64,000 bases of DNA, from positions 55,792,457 through 55,856,456 of the forward strand of contig JAUZTB010000118.1 of assembly GCA_034780895.1 (NCBI GenBank). The letters run 5' to 3'. Shown piece after piece: positions 14,183 through 28,134 of the stretch. This DNA comes from Rhynchobatus australiae. Lineage: Eukaryota. Position 1 is the first letter of the stretch. Every line of letters begins with the position of its first letter. Position numbers and translations under genes: made by a program. The notes beneath the pieces were generated by a model. The model had not been told where the DNA came from. It searched no databases and saw nothing but the letters and a program-made list of their open reading frames with translations.

Positions 14183-14488
14183 CTGGAAGAAAAATTAAAA
14201 ACAGGTATAAAGCACTGAGTTATAGTGGATAGTATGAGATTCTGGATAATAACTAGACTTGTGATGTTTAATTCTGCAGAGAAACGTTTTGTGTTTTTGA
14301 ACAATGTAGTACATCTATCACATCAAATTGTACTATTTTGGCATAAAGAAATTGAACATTAGATCCGACCACTAAACTTCATAAAAAGTACATTTTATCT
14401 TTTTCATTTATCTTTTATTCAAATTTTAAAATTACTTATGTTTTCTTATACAGATATTAGTTGGGAGAAGCAGTGACTTTCGTCATAC

Positions 14489-14716
14489 CTTTATAAAATG
14501 GTCTTCCTGTTAGAATGTCACCTCTGTTGGCAAACCCTGGACCTCTTGGACAAAGAAGCTCATATTCCTTAGTGCCTGGCCTGGGGCATTCATCACAGTC
14601 TGAACCCCAGGCAGATCCAATCGAACAACAGCAGGCATCCATTCGGAATTTTCCAGCAACTGGCTCGGTACATTCATCTTCATCCCACTTCAGATAACAT
14701 TGCTCAAGACGGATAT
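14489..14716 (-). CDS. FBN2: Fibrillin exon, TB3 with RGD motif (228 bp)
   Basis: [76 protein letters not shown]; TAG acceptor, GTATG donor. Confidence 0.96.
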
Positions 14717-17637
14717 CTACAAAAGATATCACATCCTGATAAGAGTATTCTATCATGGAAGGACTATAATATCAGAGCTCTGCTGTACCTGAACCAAAAT
14801 CCTGACAGCATTTGACTGGATATTCCTGTAGAGCAGATTTGCTTTCAGCTCTGTTTAGAAATCAAAGACTGACCAGACATGATGTTCAAGAAATAGAAAT
14901 TGACTTCAATGGAGCTGAATTTTGAAGGTGAAGTATAAAATGCAAACACTAATATATGCATGCAATTAGTGCAAATGACTAGAGAAGGATTTCTATTTCC
15001 AAGCATCTAAAGCACTCATGGTCCCAGAATATGCCATTACCCATTGGTCATGTTTGGATTGTTTTCAGTTTAATTTCACTTACAGCTATATACAGTATTT
15101 ATCTTGCTTCATGTGGTTGTACTTACATTTGGCTCCATAATTCTGTTGCTGTTCAGCACAGATTTGAAGGAACCTGACATTCTAAAGCTCTTAGGATAGC
15201 ATCAAGAAAGAGGTACAGGTGAAAGCCCACTTCCTCCTACAGAATTTTTTCATCATTCCAGAAAATCAGTTAACTGACAGAAATGGGCTGCATGCTACCA
15301 TGAACCCAGTTCACCTCTTGAACTATACTGGCTTTCTGTACCCTTCCATGCACATCTATCTGTCCACCTAGTCATTGTCTATTTTCCACTACTGTCTAAA
15401 AGTAGGATATCTGTTACTGATATCAGTTTCCAGCTTCTAACATAGGAAATACCCTGTTTGTTCAAAAATTAACTTTTAGCCTTTGAATAAAATTTACCCA
15501 TCCCAATGCCAGATGGATAGTGCCTGTTTTTACTGAGGGATATGCATTCCCATGCCCAAAAGACAAAACTGGATAGCTGAGAAATAAAGAAGCCATCACG
15601 ACTACTTCTAATTAATTTTCCATTTTGAAGTGCAATATAAAATCAGAGGTGAATATTGTGCACTGATGATATATAAACTCAACAGGGGAAAATAATTCTG
15701 TATACACACAAATGCCAACTTTTACCATGGCCAAAATCAAAACTACTCAGCTCACTTTCACAGGATAGATGGGAAACCAGTGGGTATCAGGTTGAAATTT
15801 ATTTGATTCAATTATTGCTAAGTCCCTTTCATTCTACAAAGCAAAATGGTACTTGCATTCTGCAAGATTTGGGAATATTAAAATGGTTCACTTTACTGCC
15901 TAGTTTTAAGTACATGACCAATGTATGTTTTTTTTACTCCAGAAAAATGTACTGTGTACAGGAGAAATTAACATAGAGGCTTACTAATCTACAACCAGAC
16001 AATAATTTCTCCATAGGTTATCTCAATACTTTACCCACTTCAAAGTAGTAATTACCTGTCTCCCTTACAAAGGCAAACCTCATCAGTTCATCAGGATTCT
16101 TCCAAAGCCTTGCTCCCTCTCCCACTACCAATAACACCACCATATTCACATGACATGTTCTTAGACTTAAACCATTTTACTGCTTCATCTGCTAATGAAC
16201 TTTGTGTATTCATATCATAAGTTAATTAATTCTTAGGAACAGCATGGAGGGATGTTCTGAAAAGGAGCAGCAAGTCTGAATAGCAACCAGGTGCTGATAG
16301 CAGACAGGTCAATTTAGAAAGCTACCAAGAATCGGCTCAATGTCTCCTACTTCATTGAAGTTTTGGAGCATCGAAATGGTACAGTCAGGTTTNNNNNNNN
16401 NNNNNNNNNNNNNNNNNNNNNNNNNNNNNNNNNNNNNNNNNNNNNNNNNNNNNNNNNNNNNNNNNNNNNNNNNNNNNNNNNNNNNNNNNNNNGGTTTATT
16501 GTGGAGCCTGAGAGCCCACGGAAGAGATCTATTAAACTGGAATAGGTCAGAGCATAAACAGAACTAAGTTAATTTCTACTGAACCAGCATTCTATTACTT
16601 GTATGGTGGAAGTCTTAGAAAAAAAATACTAATTTTTCCACAGGAATTGTGAGATGTTATGAATCTACAAGTGATTTCTGAAATCAAATCAAATTATAAT
16701 TGTTTATATAGTAGAAAAAGATTTTCTTTTAATACATCTTATTCTGTTTTCCAAATACAACATCATTGATTGACTCTTCCTGGCTTTGTTTGATGCTCTT
16801 TTATATGCCGAAGTTATGGAAACAGGCAAATTCGAAGATTAGCTTTCCATTTTTTGATGACATTAACCATGTCCGAACAATGCACGTGGACCAATTTCAT
16901 GTGATCTTTCCTGCAGAGTTGATGCTGCCACCAGGTTCCCATTAAAGTTATAATACAGGAAACCCCCACTATTGGGTGGGTTGTGTTCCAAGAAAACAGT
17001 CCATATCTCGATTTTCTCTAACATGAAGCCATGTCATTTGTGCATGCATTGGAAAAGGCAAGTGGAAAAAAATGTGCTTATTTACTTTTTGTTAAATCAA
17101 ATAGATTCCATCAGAGCAAATTTAATTCTGTATCTCAAATTTTTGGATAGTGATTTGTGAGTTCTGTAAGGAGGAATTTCCATTACTCGAATGGCTGTAA
17201 TAGGGGTGTCATCTGCATAAACAATTTTAATTTGAATGCTAATGCTAATGGAGTGAAACTACAGATGACCTATGATCCTACCGAGCAGCAAACTAGCCTA
17301 GAATTACTTACTCCTGTACCTGAATCTTTGTTGTAAATTTTGAATGCAATATGCAGTATTTCATTCCTGGAATAATGTCTTCTGCACATTCCTATGAACT
17401 AAAGCAGTTAAGTACCTCCAGCATCATATAAAAGCAAATAACCTAATGCAGCTATATATTTTACAGTCAAATTACAAATCATAAGCTTTAAGTTAGAGTA
17501 GAAAAGGAACTATGTACAGTGCTAGAACAATGTGCACTCTAATTATCAATTTTTGCACATAGAATTGACACTTTAAATATTGCTGCTACCCAAACCTTTA
17601 TTATATTTAATGGAAGGCATGATAATTTATTTCTTAC

Positions 17638-17763
17638 CCACACAAATTCGGCCTGTGCCATCTCTGGTCAGTCCTTCAGGACATTCGCATTGGAAGGACC
17701 CTTGAGTATTCACACACCTCCCATTTGGGCAAATACCAGGGAAGACAATGCATTCATTCACAT
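17638..17763 (-). CDS. FBN2: Fibrillin exon, cbEGF10 (126 bp)
   Basis: [42 protein letters not shown]; CAG acceptor, GTAAG donor. Confidence 0.95.
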
Positions 17764-18114
17764 CTGTCCAAAGTAACAAAGAGAATGAGACCCTTAACGC
17801 TTCTTCCTTCTGGCTTATTACACAATATCTTAAAATGTAGCCAACAGTCAATGTAAATGCACAAGCATATGCTGGTAAGGAAAACAAAGCCTAGTGGAGT
17901 AGAAATTTGTGGTAATCCTGTGCACAAAATGCATCATATTGTTATTGCTGTGTTTTGTACTTTGTTCCCAAAATTTTGTTCCAATGCCTTCAGTAGAACC
18001 AATTTTGAGAAATGGAGCTCAATGTGGATAAGGTACCAGATTTTCCATAGCACCTGAGATCAAAAATGAACTTCTACCCCTTAGGAATGTTTTAAAAAAA
18101 AGACTTGTTCTTTT

Positions 18115-18260
18115 AAAGCTCAGTGGGTAAAGTATTCCCTGTGGTATGATAGCAATCTAATAGACCAAGAAGGTGTCAGTTTTGATTCCTATTCAAAGCT
18201 GAGTTGGGTCTCAGCCAGATTAGGTTTGAGTTCAAACAGTTTGGTCTATGATCCTGTTTC
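18115..18260 (+). mobile_element. Old tRNA-derived SINE relic (LF-SINE-like head)
   Basis: AGCTCAGTGGGTAA A-box-like, TTGATTCC B-box-like, then GCTGAGTT..TCTCAGCCAG. Confidence 0.4.
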
Positions 18261-19672
18261 GACTGAGCATGCCCAAAGCACTATTTCATGTTGGTGACAC
18301 ATTCATTCAAACATTGTAAAATTAAAAATATTAGGTCAATGGCTATTCCAAACATTGATTGATTTGACAGTTTGCTTGTTATTTGCTTGCATTTGAGGCA
18401 CTATGCCAGCAAACTGTAATCAGCCTTCTTTTCTTTACATGTCACATACACCAAATAAAGCAGAAAAAAATTACACTAAGGATAATTTTCTTTAAAGGTA
18501 TCTGTCATGTGGTAAATTTAAAATGTATCTACGTACTGAACAATAAAGATCAGTTGTTTGTATCCAGAACACTACCATGATTCCATTAGAACATGGTGAC
18601 AATCTGGCACAGCAGATCATCATGATGCTAGCCAGCATATTTGTTGGGGTTTGGGGAAATAGGGAGGTGCATGGTTTGGACCAATTTTATCTGTTTTAGT
18701 TACTTTCCTTCATTTCTTCAAGAAATTATATATAACCATTTCAGCATATGTCTGAAAGACTTTGTCTGCTACATCAGTTATTTTTCCAAGTTTGCGTCAA
18801 AATGGTGGAAAATCTATTAAGAAACCCGACACCTGGTGGCCCTCAAAATAAATAGGCTGAAACATTTGGCAGTGTAGTCCATTTCTGGTTTTCTCCCAGG
18901 GCTAATTGAAATATGATGATGGCAAAAATTATTTTATTAATTCCATTTTGTCTGAGAATTTTCACTGCACAATGCACTTAGTTTGCATTTCAGCGACTGC
19001 ATAATGTACAATGATACTTCAGAGCAGCACTAGGAAATTCAACACTTTTACTGCCATCTTGTATTTGTGATGTTAAAATGAAACCTAATATTCCCTCTCA
19101 AATGGATGTGAAGTAATCCATGGCTGCATTTGAGGAAATGCTGGTTAGAATTTCTCTCGCTACAACTCTAACACACATTATCTGAGGTTTTTACAATGTC
19201 ATAAAAATATAACTATTACATTTGCAGCTTCTGATATCCATTCCAGAACATTTTCTTGATGTAAATCATGAGGTGATTTTTATTATTAATAAATAAGTAG
19301 TCTGTTAAAATTAGGAACAATTGTTCCCACAAGCTTTAATTTTAAATTGCTCTTCGGACAGCAGATAACAATAAGTGCCTGAAATTGGTGGTTTCTTTTC
19401 TAAATGCAGGAGAGGGCCAGGTGGCATATCATCTGTCATTTACCTTATTTTTGTACAAGATACTTGGAACCTTGTTGTGTCTGCACAGACTGCCACATGA
19501 CAGCAGCAACTATATTTCAAAGAGGCCTCATTGGCAAGGAAGCATTTATAATGTGTTGAAACCATGAAAGTTGATGCATTAAGGAAAGTTCTTCTTTCTG
19601 TATTGAAAGTTTCCTCTTGTTCTAGTGAGTACGTCTGTATCAAATTTTCTTAAAGGTTTGACATTTTCTTAC

Positions 19673-19723
19673 CTTCACAGGCCACACCCTTAACTCTTGC
19701 ATATCCTCTTGGGCAGGCAGTAT
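19673..19723 (-). CDS. FBN2: Fibrillin small exon, hybrid 2 end (51 bp)
   Basis: DTACPRGYARVKGVACE; CAG acceptor, GTAAG donor. Confidence 0.93.
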
Positions 19724-21274
19724 CTGTAAATAAAGATACAGATTCAAGTACAAAAACCCCCAATTCTGCATTGAACTAATTGTTCATTAACAATTCAATG
19801 TTGCCAACATGTTGTACTGTTCCCTCTCTTTTTAACTTTAACCTACACTTTGAGCAGACAGTAAGGATCTCAACTTAGTTTGGAAGAATCCTTTACAAGT
19901 GGAAGTTTGGATCTGATAGCATCAATGGTAACTGGTGGAAAGAAAGAGATAATTGTAGTTTCAACCTTAAGTGAATATAGCACGAAAAAGATCCAGAGCC
20001 AGGAAGGGCCTGAACAAGCAGTACTCTTTCAATGGGGCTAGGAGGAGTAGCTTAATCTCTGCCTAACAAATTCCTACTCTGATCTAGAAATGGTTCAAAG
20101 GAATTCAATATTGGTAACTGTGAGGTTCTTGACAGAAGGAATCAGGACGTCTTTTGTGTCTTGGAAATAAAGAGCCTAACTGTGGTTAAGGTGCAAAGGG
20201 ACCCAATTAAACAGATTAAATTGGCAATGGAGTTTTGCATAGCCATAATAAAAAGTTAGCTAAGGTACAATGGAACACAATTTGCATAACTATGTGGTAA
20301 GAATAGGAGATTGGTATTAAGTGGGTGACCCCACTGGGAACCAGCATGCACTTGGGGAGAAATTCCCTCCTTCTATGTCATAGCCAATGTATAATGTTAT
20401 GATTATATTAAATTTACACTGCACTGTGATTAGTCATGTCTTAAAGTACTTTGTCGAGTTCTGTTTTGACTTCACAAAATAGAACTGTGAAAGTGCAAAA
20501 GAACGATACCAGAATTGAAAGGCTATAACCATTTTGAATATTTGATTGGATTGTGACTTTCTTGATAGGTAAGAGGGGACAGAGAGGTGACTGAGAGGAC
20601 ATTAAAATTATTAAGGGATATTGATTGGATAGATATAAATAAGGAGTTGCTACCCAATGGAATCTAAAACAAAGCATAGTAAATACAATATAGTCATTAA
20701 GAAATCCAGCAAGAAATTCAGAAGAAACCTCATTACCCAACCAGTGTTGAGCATATGAAGGCAAATAGTGTATATGCATTTTAGAAGAAAGTTCGGCAAG
20801 ATCATGAATAACTTCCTTCTGTGCTCTAACAATCTCTGATTTAAAAAAGCACGAGAAATAACACACAAGAAATAATTCAGCCTACTAACGTAGTGTACAA
20901 TATCATTCAGGAAAACTCATTGGTGGGGAGCAGAGGAATTTCATACAAATGGTTAACATATTCATCTCTAATAGAAGAATGCACAACATCAGAACATACA
21001 CAATTCTTTATTTTCTCAAAGCACTCAAACAAGTGAAAAAAAGGTTGTAAAGTTTAAGAAAAACAAGTGAACTATTTGGGTCAATTTACCAATCCCTTAT
21101 TCTTTCATAAGTAAGGATACCATTGTAAAATTAATTCTAAGGACCTGGTGCAGTACCAAAAAAACAAAGCTTTGTTTCAAATTGTTATTCTTCATCAAAA
21201 AATCCCACATTGATAAATTGTCATCATATTTTCAATATCGTAAATGTTTCTGGTATGATCCATGTTTTCAGTAC

Positions 21275-21412
21275 CTAATTCACAGCGCTCACAAGGACTG
21301 CCCCACGCAGCTCCCAGAGTTGCACAACATTCTGACTTCAACGTAGCTCCATTGATGTTTACTTCACAGCGACTGTTTTGAATGTTCAACCAACAAGTTC
21401 CTTTCACGCTGT
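21275..21412 (-). CDS. FBN2: Fibrillin exon, hybrid domain 2 first part (138 bp)
   Basis: [46 protein letters not shown]; CAG acceptor, GTACT donor. Confidence 0.95.
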
Positions 21413-22239
21413 CTGTGGTAAATTATGAGAGAATTCAAACAATTACAATAAATCATGAGTCCTTTCTACTGACAAATATCTCAGAATGTCCTGCACTTGA
21501 CCCCTAGTATATGAGGGTACTTTAAATATCCTCAAACTGAACTCTGGGAAAGGTATGTGTTGCTCTTCTGACCATGTAATTTGTTTGCAATATTTCTGGG
21601 CTGGCCCAGTCTTAATCTGAAAGAATATTTTTTTTAATAAAGACTGATGTTTGTATAAGAATCACTGAGCTTTCCCAGCCGTTTGTCATAACAGTCCTGA
21701 AGTAACCACAAGGAACTGTACAAGACAGACTCAAAACAACTTTTTTTTAGGAGATATAAATTTTCTGGTTATCACCTACCCTCAGCAGCAAAGCTAACAA
21801 TCAGGACAGTGTTGTCAACAATTCAGTTAATGATTTCCTATTTTAACTCTAATTATTTTTTTTTTAACTTCCTCTTCTTATTTTAAAGTAATATTCCAGG
21901 GTTTCCTTTTCTCTCCCTTGTCTCAGTGGCCACACTGCAGTATTGTGACCAGTTGTGATCATCAGTATTTAAGAAGCATTTAAAAGGCCGAGAGAAAACT
22001 TAGCATTAGCATGGGCACCAAAGAAAGCTCAAATCACCTTGGTGTGGTGCCAAAAACACAAAGATTGATTTCAAATTGTTGTTATTTTAATCTAAGAAAT
22101 TAGTTTATGGAAATAGTCTTCATTTTAAAATTCTGAACATTTTAATTCCTAGCACATTTTTAGAAATGCAATTATCTTTGTTCTGATCCAGAGTCTTCAG
22201 TAACCAGCTCATAGTGCTCATTGTGATTTACTGGATCAG

Positions 22240-22930
22240 TTCCATGGATGAAAGAGTTCAGCTGCAGGGTTATACTGGAGAAGCTAGGGTTGAAAGAATT
22301 GATAAAACTGTGCAGAAGGAGTTCGACAGAGAGAAGCTGTTTGCATTTGCAGATGGTTCATGGTCCAAGGAACACATGTTCCAAATAATGGGCAAAAGAA
22401 ATTGGGGGATGTAATGAGATNNNNNNNNNNNNNNNNNNNNNNNNNNNNNNNNNNNNNNNNNNNNNNNNNNNNNNNNNNNNNNNNNNNNNNNNNNNNNNNN
22501 NNNNNNNNNNNNNNNNNNNNNNNNNNNNNNNNNNNNNNNNNNNNNNNNNNNNNNNNNNNNNNNNNNNNNNNNNNNNNNNNNNNNNNNNNNNNNNNNNNNN
22601 NNNNNNNNNNNNNNNNNNNNNNNNNNNNNNNNNNNNNNNNNNNNNNNNNNNNNNNNNNNNNNNNNNNNNNNNNNNNNNNNNNNNNNNNNNNNNNNNNNNN
22701 NNNNNNNNNNNNNNNNNNNNNNNNNNNNNNNNNNNNNNNNNNNNNNNNNNNNNNNNTCTGCTTGTAAGAGTGGTAGCAGAAAATCCAATCAGGCTTTCAA
22801 AAAAGAATTGCATAGCTCAAGGGAAAATAATTTGGTAGGATGCAGGGAATGTGTAGGGGATTGGGTTTGACTAGATTGCCTTAAGAAAGAACTGGCATGG
22901 ACTCAATGGAATGAATAACCTCCTTTGGTA
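22240..22930 (+). mobile_element. CR1 LINE 3' fragment spanning an N-gap
   Basis: GACAGAGAGAAGCTGTTT and GTGGTAGCAGAAAATCCAATCAGGCTTTCAAAAAAGAATTG resemble CR1 ORF2 C-terminus and 3' UTR. Confidence 0.55.
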
Positions 22931-23019
22931 ATAGGATGATTAATTTATAAGAAGTCCACACAAAGCCAGGTTTTATTCACTTTTTCTACGAAAAAAGACA
23001 AAGACATCTAGATGTCTCT

Positions 23020-23123
23020 GAAGTAAAAATAGAATCTGATGGAAATACTCAGCAGGTCAGGCAGCATTCCATGGGGAGAGAAAAAGAGTTCATGTTTCAG
23101 CTCAATGACCCTTCATCAGATTT
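23020..23123 (-). mobile_element. Penelope-like short element with hammerhead-like core
   Basis: Minus strand reads CTGATGA-AGGGTCATTGAGCT-GAAAC-ATG-AACTC, then the family arm. Confidence 0.7.
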
Positions 23124-23899
23124 CTACAAGCCTTTAGCTGCTTTATCTGCTTTGGTGAATTTAGATTACCCTATTTCCAATCTATAGCGTTTCTTTCTCA
23201 GGAAACAGTAATGGAAGTTTTTATAATTTAATTTTAGTGGATTAGTACTTCAGGACACTGCATCATTGTGCTGAGAATTGCTATACCATAATTATAACGT
23301 TACCCGCAGCTTCTCAAAGATCCATTGTGATCTGGCAGTACAATCTGAGTGAGCTTTAAATATAGTCCAGACATTCAGTATAATGATATTTTACTGTGAC
23401 ACATAACCTTTCTGCTTTGAAGTAAAAAAAATAAGCTAGCCTACCCCTTTAATGAGTTTCTGGGTTGTGCCTATGTCAAGTTGGAACTCTCATTTATGTG
23501 GAGTCAATTATTCCAAACAGTATCTTAACAGGATCCCAATGTACAAAGCTGAGAATATTTTGAAGAAAATTAGACTATACAAGGTGTTGGAAAGATGGAT
23601 ATTTCACCAATAGGTCGTTAAAATTTACTAATAATCTGATATATTCAGGAAGTATTTAAATTTGTCACTAGTAGCCATGAAAAAAATACTAGTCTGAAGG
23701 TGGTGTAATATTTAAATGAGCTAGTGCCAGACAAGTATAGTTTAATTACCTCCATCATGAGGCATTCCAATTAAATTATTTGAGAAGAAAAGCAGTATTG
23801 AGCTGTATAAAACCAAAGGCTTGAATGTAATATCTTTTATCAGGTGTAGAATTCTATGAATTTTGTTTATTGAACAAAAAGTGAAATTGTCTGTCTTAC

Positions 23900-24019
23900 C
23901 AATGCAAACAGTTCTGCTTGAATCCAGTTTGCTACCAGTGGAGCATTCGCAGGAGAATGAACCTGCTGTATTCCTACATTCTCCATTAACACAAGGACTG
24001 TTCTCACATTCATTCACAT
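23900..24019 (-). CDS. FBN2: Fibrillin exon, cbEGF9 (120 bp)
   Basis: DVNECENSPCVNGECRNTAGSFSCECSTGSKLDSSRTVCI; CAG acceptor, GTAAG donor. Confidence 0.95.
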
Positions 24020-26860
24020 CTGGAGAAACAGAATAGACATTCTTAAATATGGTTATCAATTGACAGCTTCAAGGAGTCGGCACACAAATAAAATCAGTGT
24101 TCATTAAAAATAGCACCCAAAATTACATTTAAAAACATTCAAGAGAAATTTTTTGTTAAGCAATGCTCACCTCTATCTAAACTAGTTAAGTTTCAACTAG
24201 GACTTGTGCTTTACATGAAAGCAAATGGCCTATCCTTGTTACTGGAGGAAGTCTCACTCCTCTGTGCTCTCTGACATGAGAACTGAGCTCTTAAACCACT
24301 GTGGTAGCTTAGGATCTTCTTATTTTATGATTGAAAAGAAATTAATTCAACTGAAAACTGTATAAGCAATAATAATGCTTGTCATCAATTCAGAGAAATT
24401 TTAAGTTGCCTATCCTTGTAAAACCATTAACTCAATCTCATGCTTAACTTCATCTGCTTTAATTTCTGGAGGGAATAGTTTCTTGCAATGTTTAAAAATA
24501 TATCTCCATTCGTCTGCAAGAATTTACAATAGTTATTGTTTTTTTAGTTATGTAGGAAACCTCTACAAATGAGCTTAAATGCGACTATCTTTAACTTAAT
24601 TGTCCATACATTGGCGATTGAGGACCAAGAGGAGGGTTGACTGCTTAAACCTCAAGTGCAGCTAAATGAGTTTGATTGTCGAGTTTCTCATGTTCACCAG
24701 CCATAACTTTGAGCATGCCATCAGTTCTGAGGGAAGTTGCTCCTGGAGAAAAGGTGTAATCATGAGAATTTTCACCTTGAAAAGAATGGAAAACTGAGAC
24801 TGTCTTGAGGTTCTGAGATCAAGTGGATCAAAGGCAATTTGAATAAAAAGCATAACCTAAGAGCGTTTTCCAGTTAGCTATTAAAACTGCTGTTTCAGCA
24901 CGCTCTGGGACATTTATCAAGGGGCAACAGAGCTATGAAAATTGCAAATGGGTTTTAGTTCCTGTTGGAATACCCAAAAACAAACATAAACATAGTTTCC
25001 CATTTAAGTTTACTAAATCTCAGAACCACAGAAAGATTTAGTTTTGTAAGCTTACTCAGGCAGGCATCATCTTATGACCATATATGATATCTGTTTCAAA
25101 TCAGGAATTCACTTTGTGGTTTTAGTGTTTGTATAAGCGCTCTCGTTACAAGTGTGGGTTACATTAGAGAAACAAAGGAAAGTACCTTTTGGTTTACCAC
25201 TTACAAAATGCTGGACAACCTGGAAACAGACATTAAAGGAAAGCTGTTTTACATCAGTCCTGTTATGCCATTTGGGAGAATTTTTACTGTCCAGACTAAA
25301 ATGCTGTAAACCACAGTATCCTGATTCAGCTCCAGTGAGTCAACCACATGGGAAACAAGGTTTTGAGGAGTTTGAGAAAATTCTTAAGAAAACAAACAGC
25401 ATCTGTCAGATATAACGGTATTCTATTCAGTATTTTGAGTATGTCTGCTCCATTCCTTCCTCTTCTCCGGAAGTTGATTCATATTTGAGCTATAGTTTAC
25501 TATGAACCATCAGTCTCCAAGACAACTTTCAGCAAGCATTTCACCATGCCTCTTCTGCTAGCCCCTGTGGCACCAGCAGCAGGAGGCAGGAAAACCAGCT
25601 GAGTACCCAGGATCCACCTTACGTGGAGCAAGACAGAAAATATTTATCTCACACTATTGTTTGTGTATGTGATGGAAGATAGCATAAACAGGGTTGTCTC
25701 CTGATGTGGGGGTCTTTTCATCTACTGCCTTTCAGTTCTCATCACTCTAAATCATGCAGTTTAGATTAGCTCAGTGTCCTGGGACATGATTTAATGAAAT
25801 GGGAGATTGCAAGGGTTTCAGTTTCCAATTTTAAATTTATCCTTTACAGAATACCAAGTGCAATTTCTTGAAAAAATAACATTCAATCGAAATCAGAAAG
25901 CAATATGCTAACTAAACATGCATCCACCTAGTGACACTGAGGAGCTTAGACTGGCTCAAAGTGGCTAATTCACCAAATATCAGGGAGAGAATATGAGCTC
26001 ATCATGGTCTGTAAGGATATAGCTCAAAACCAGGTGTTGCAGTTGTACATTGAGCTACTGATGAATGGGCCCTCACAGAATAGTTTTACTGCAGTTAACA
26101 ATTTGAGACAGACATTTTAGTATTTAATGATTGGCTTCTCTGTGAGCGTGGCAGACAATAACTGAGTAACAATTTAACAATGACAATGGGAAAAATTGTA
26201 TCTGTCACCTCAAGTACTATATTTGCAACCAAATTGATAAATACATCAGACTAAACCGTCAAAGTAGTAATGCACTGCTGATTGTGATCTCAATGAAAAC
26301 ATTAATCTTATCTGATTGTCTTGACTGTTGACTAGTGTGATTTTCTTCACTGGNNNNNNNNNNNNNNNNNNNNNNNNNNNNNNNNNNNNNNNNNNNNNNN
26401 NNNNNNNNNNNNNNNNNNNNNNNNNNNNNNNNNNNNNNNNNNNNNNNNNNNNNATTTTCTTCACTGGCTATAATTAAGAGCATTTATGATCAATGGCCCT
26501 GCCACATGATGTTCCCTTTTGTGATTTCTTTGACGGGCGGAGAAGACACAATCAACAAGAATTCGGTATAGGTATGTTAACATATATATTAGGAAGGGAC
26601 AGGGTGAGAAAACATTTGCATATGTTCTTTTTGCCTGTAATGTTTGAGGTAACATTGGTTAGTGCCCAAAACAATTGTGTTTGTAAAAATTAAACCAAAT
26701 TCTCCTTTTGACATTATGAAATATTGGCTGATTGCTGGAATACAAAAGCATCTTTTGGTATATGATTTGTGCAGGCATTTCATGCAAAGCATATGCTTGA
26801 CATTTTGCAATGCTAAATGACTAAAATGTTAGATATCTTTTTTTGATTGAGTGCATTCAC

Positions 26861-26986
26861 CTTCACAGGTTTCAGAGTCTGGTTTGAAGAGGTAACCCTT
26901 TGGACAACTGCAGGTGTAGCCACCAGGTGTGTTCCGGCAAAGCCCATTATCACACAGGAGCCTGTTATCTGCACATTCATCAATGT
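26861..26986 (-). CDS. FBN2: Fibrillin exon, cbEGF8 (126 bp)
   Basis: [42 protein letters not shown]; TAG acceptor, GTGAA donor. Confidence 0.95.
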
Positions 26987-27611
26987 CTAGAAGATAAAAG
27001 CAGTACAAATCACAGAGAGAAGAAAGTACTCACATAATCAGAGAACCTCATAGCAGAATTATTAATGATAAATATACAAAACATTATTTCCTCTCCTATT
27101 TAGCTTGGTAAATAATTACCATTAGTGACAATTTTTTGGTCAGACCAAATTTCTGCATTAATCAATCAGTAGATTTGTAGTTTATGTATTATTTCAAAAT
27201 GGGGCTACATTGAGAATCATAAAAATTGCTTGCTGCTCATTGTTATGTGCTGTAAATATTTGAAGGTTAGTAAAACATTCTTAGAGAAGGAAAGTCAATG
27301 GAAGACTTATTCTGCTTCAGAATACATTAGATGCCAAAGTCAATTGTTCCACTAATTCGACTAAGTTGTGTACTATCATAACTGCCAAGTTATATGACAC
27401 CACTTACAATAGGAAATAGATAATTAGTTTCCAAGAATTTTATGAAAGCCAATTGTATGTGATATGAAATTACTCACAGAACATCACCATGATCAGAAGT
27501 TCAGCATAATTTTGGCAGTTTCAATAACTACAGGATCAATTTTAGAATGGATGCAAAAATGACACTACCACTACATATACCCTAGATAAACTTCAGTTAG
27601 GAAGCAAAATA

Positions 27612-28134
27612 ACAAGACCATAAGATATAGGAGCAGAATTAGGCCATTCGGCCAATCTAGTCTGCTCCACCATTCAATCATGGCTGATATTTTTTCAACT
27701 CTATTCTCCCGCCTTTTCCTTGCAAGCCTTACCAATCAGGAACCTATCAATTTCTGCCTTAAATACACCCAATGCCTTGGCCTCCACTGGCCTCTGTGGC
27801 AAAGAATTCTACAAATTCATCACCCTCTGGCTGAAGAAATTTCTCCTCATCTCAGTTTTAATGGGATGTCCCTTTATTCTGAGGCCGTGCCCTCAGATGC
27901 TAGACTTTTCTACCTATGGAAACATCCTCTTCATGACTACTCTGTGCACACCTTTCAGTATTCAGTAGGTTTCAATGAGATCCCCCCCTCATCTGAACTC
28001 CATCAAGTACAGGCCCAGAGCCATCAAACACTCGTTAAGCCTTTATTTCCTGGGATCATCTTTGTGAACCTCCTCTGGAACCTCTCCAGGGCCAACACAT
28101 CATTCCTTAGATATAGAGCCCAAAATTGCTCATA
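27612..28134 (-). mobile_element. CR1 LINE, 5'-truncated 3' end (relatively young)
   Basis: Plus strand begins AGACCATAAGATATAGGAGCAGAATTAGGCCATTCGGCC, the reverse of the CR1 3' terminus, followed by antisense ORF2 C-terminal sequence. Confidence 0.85.
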
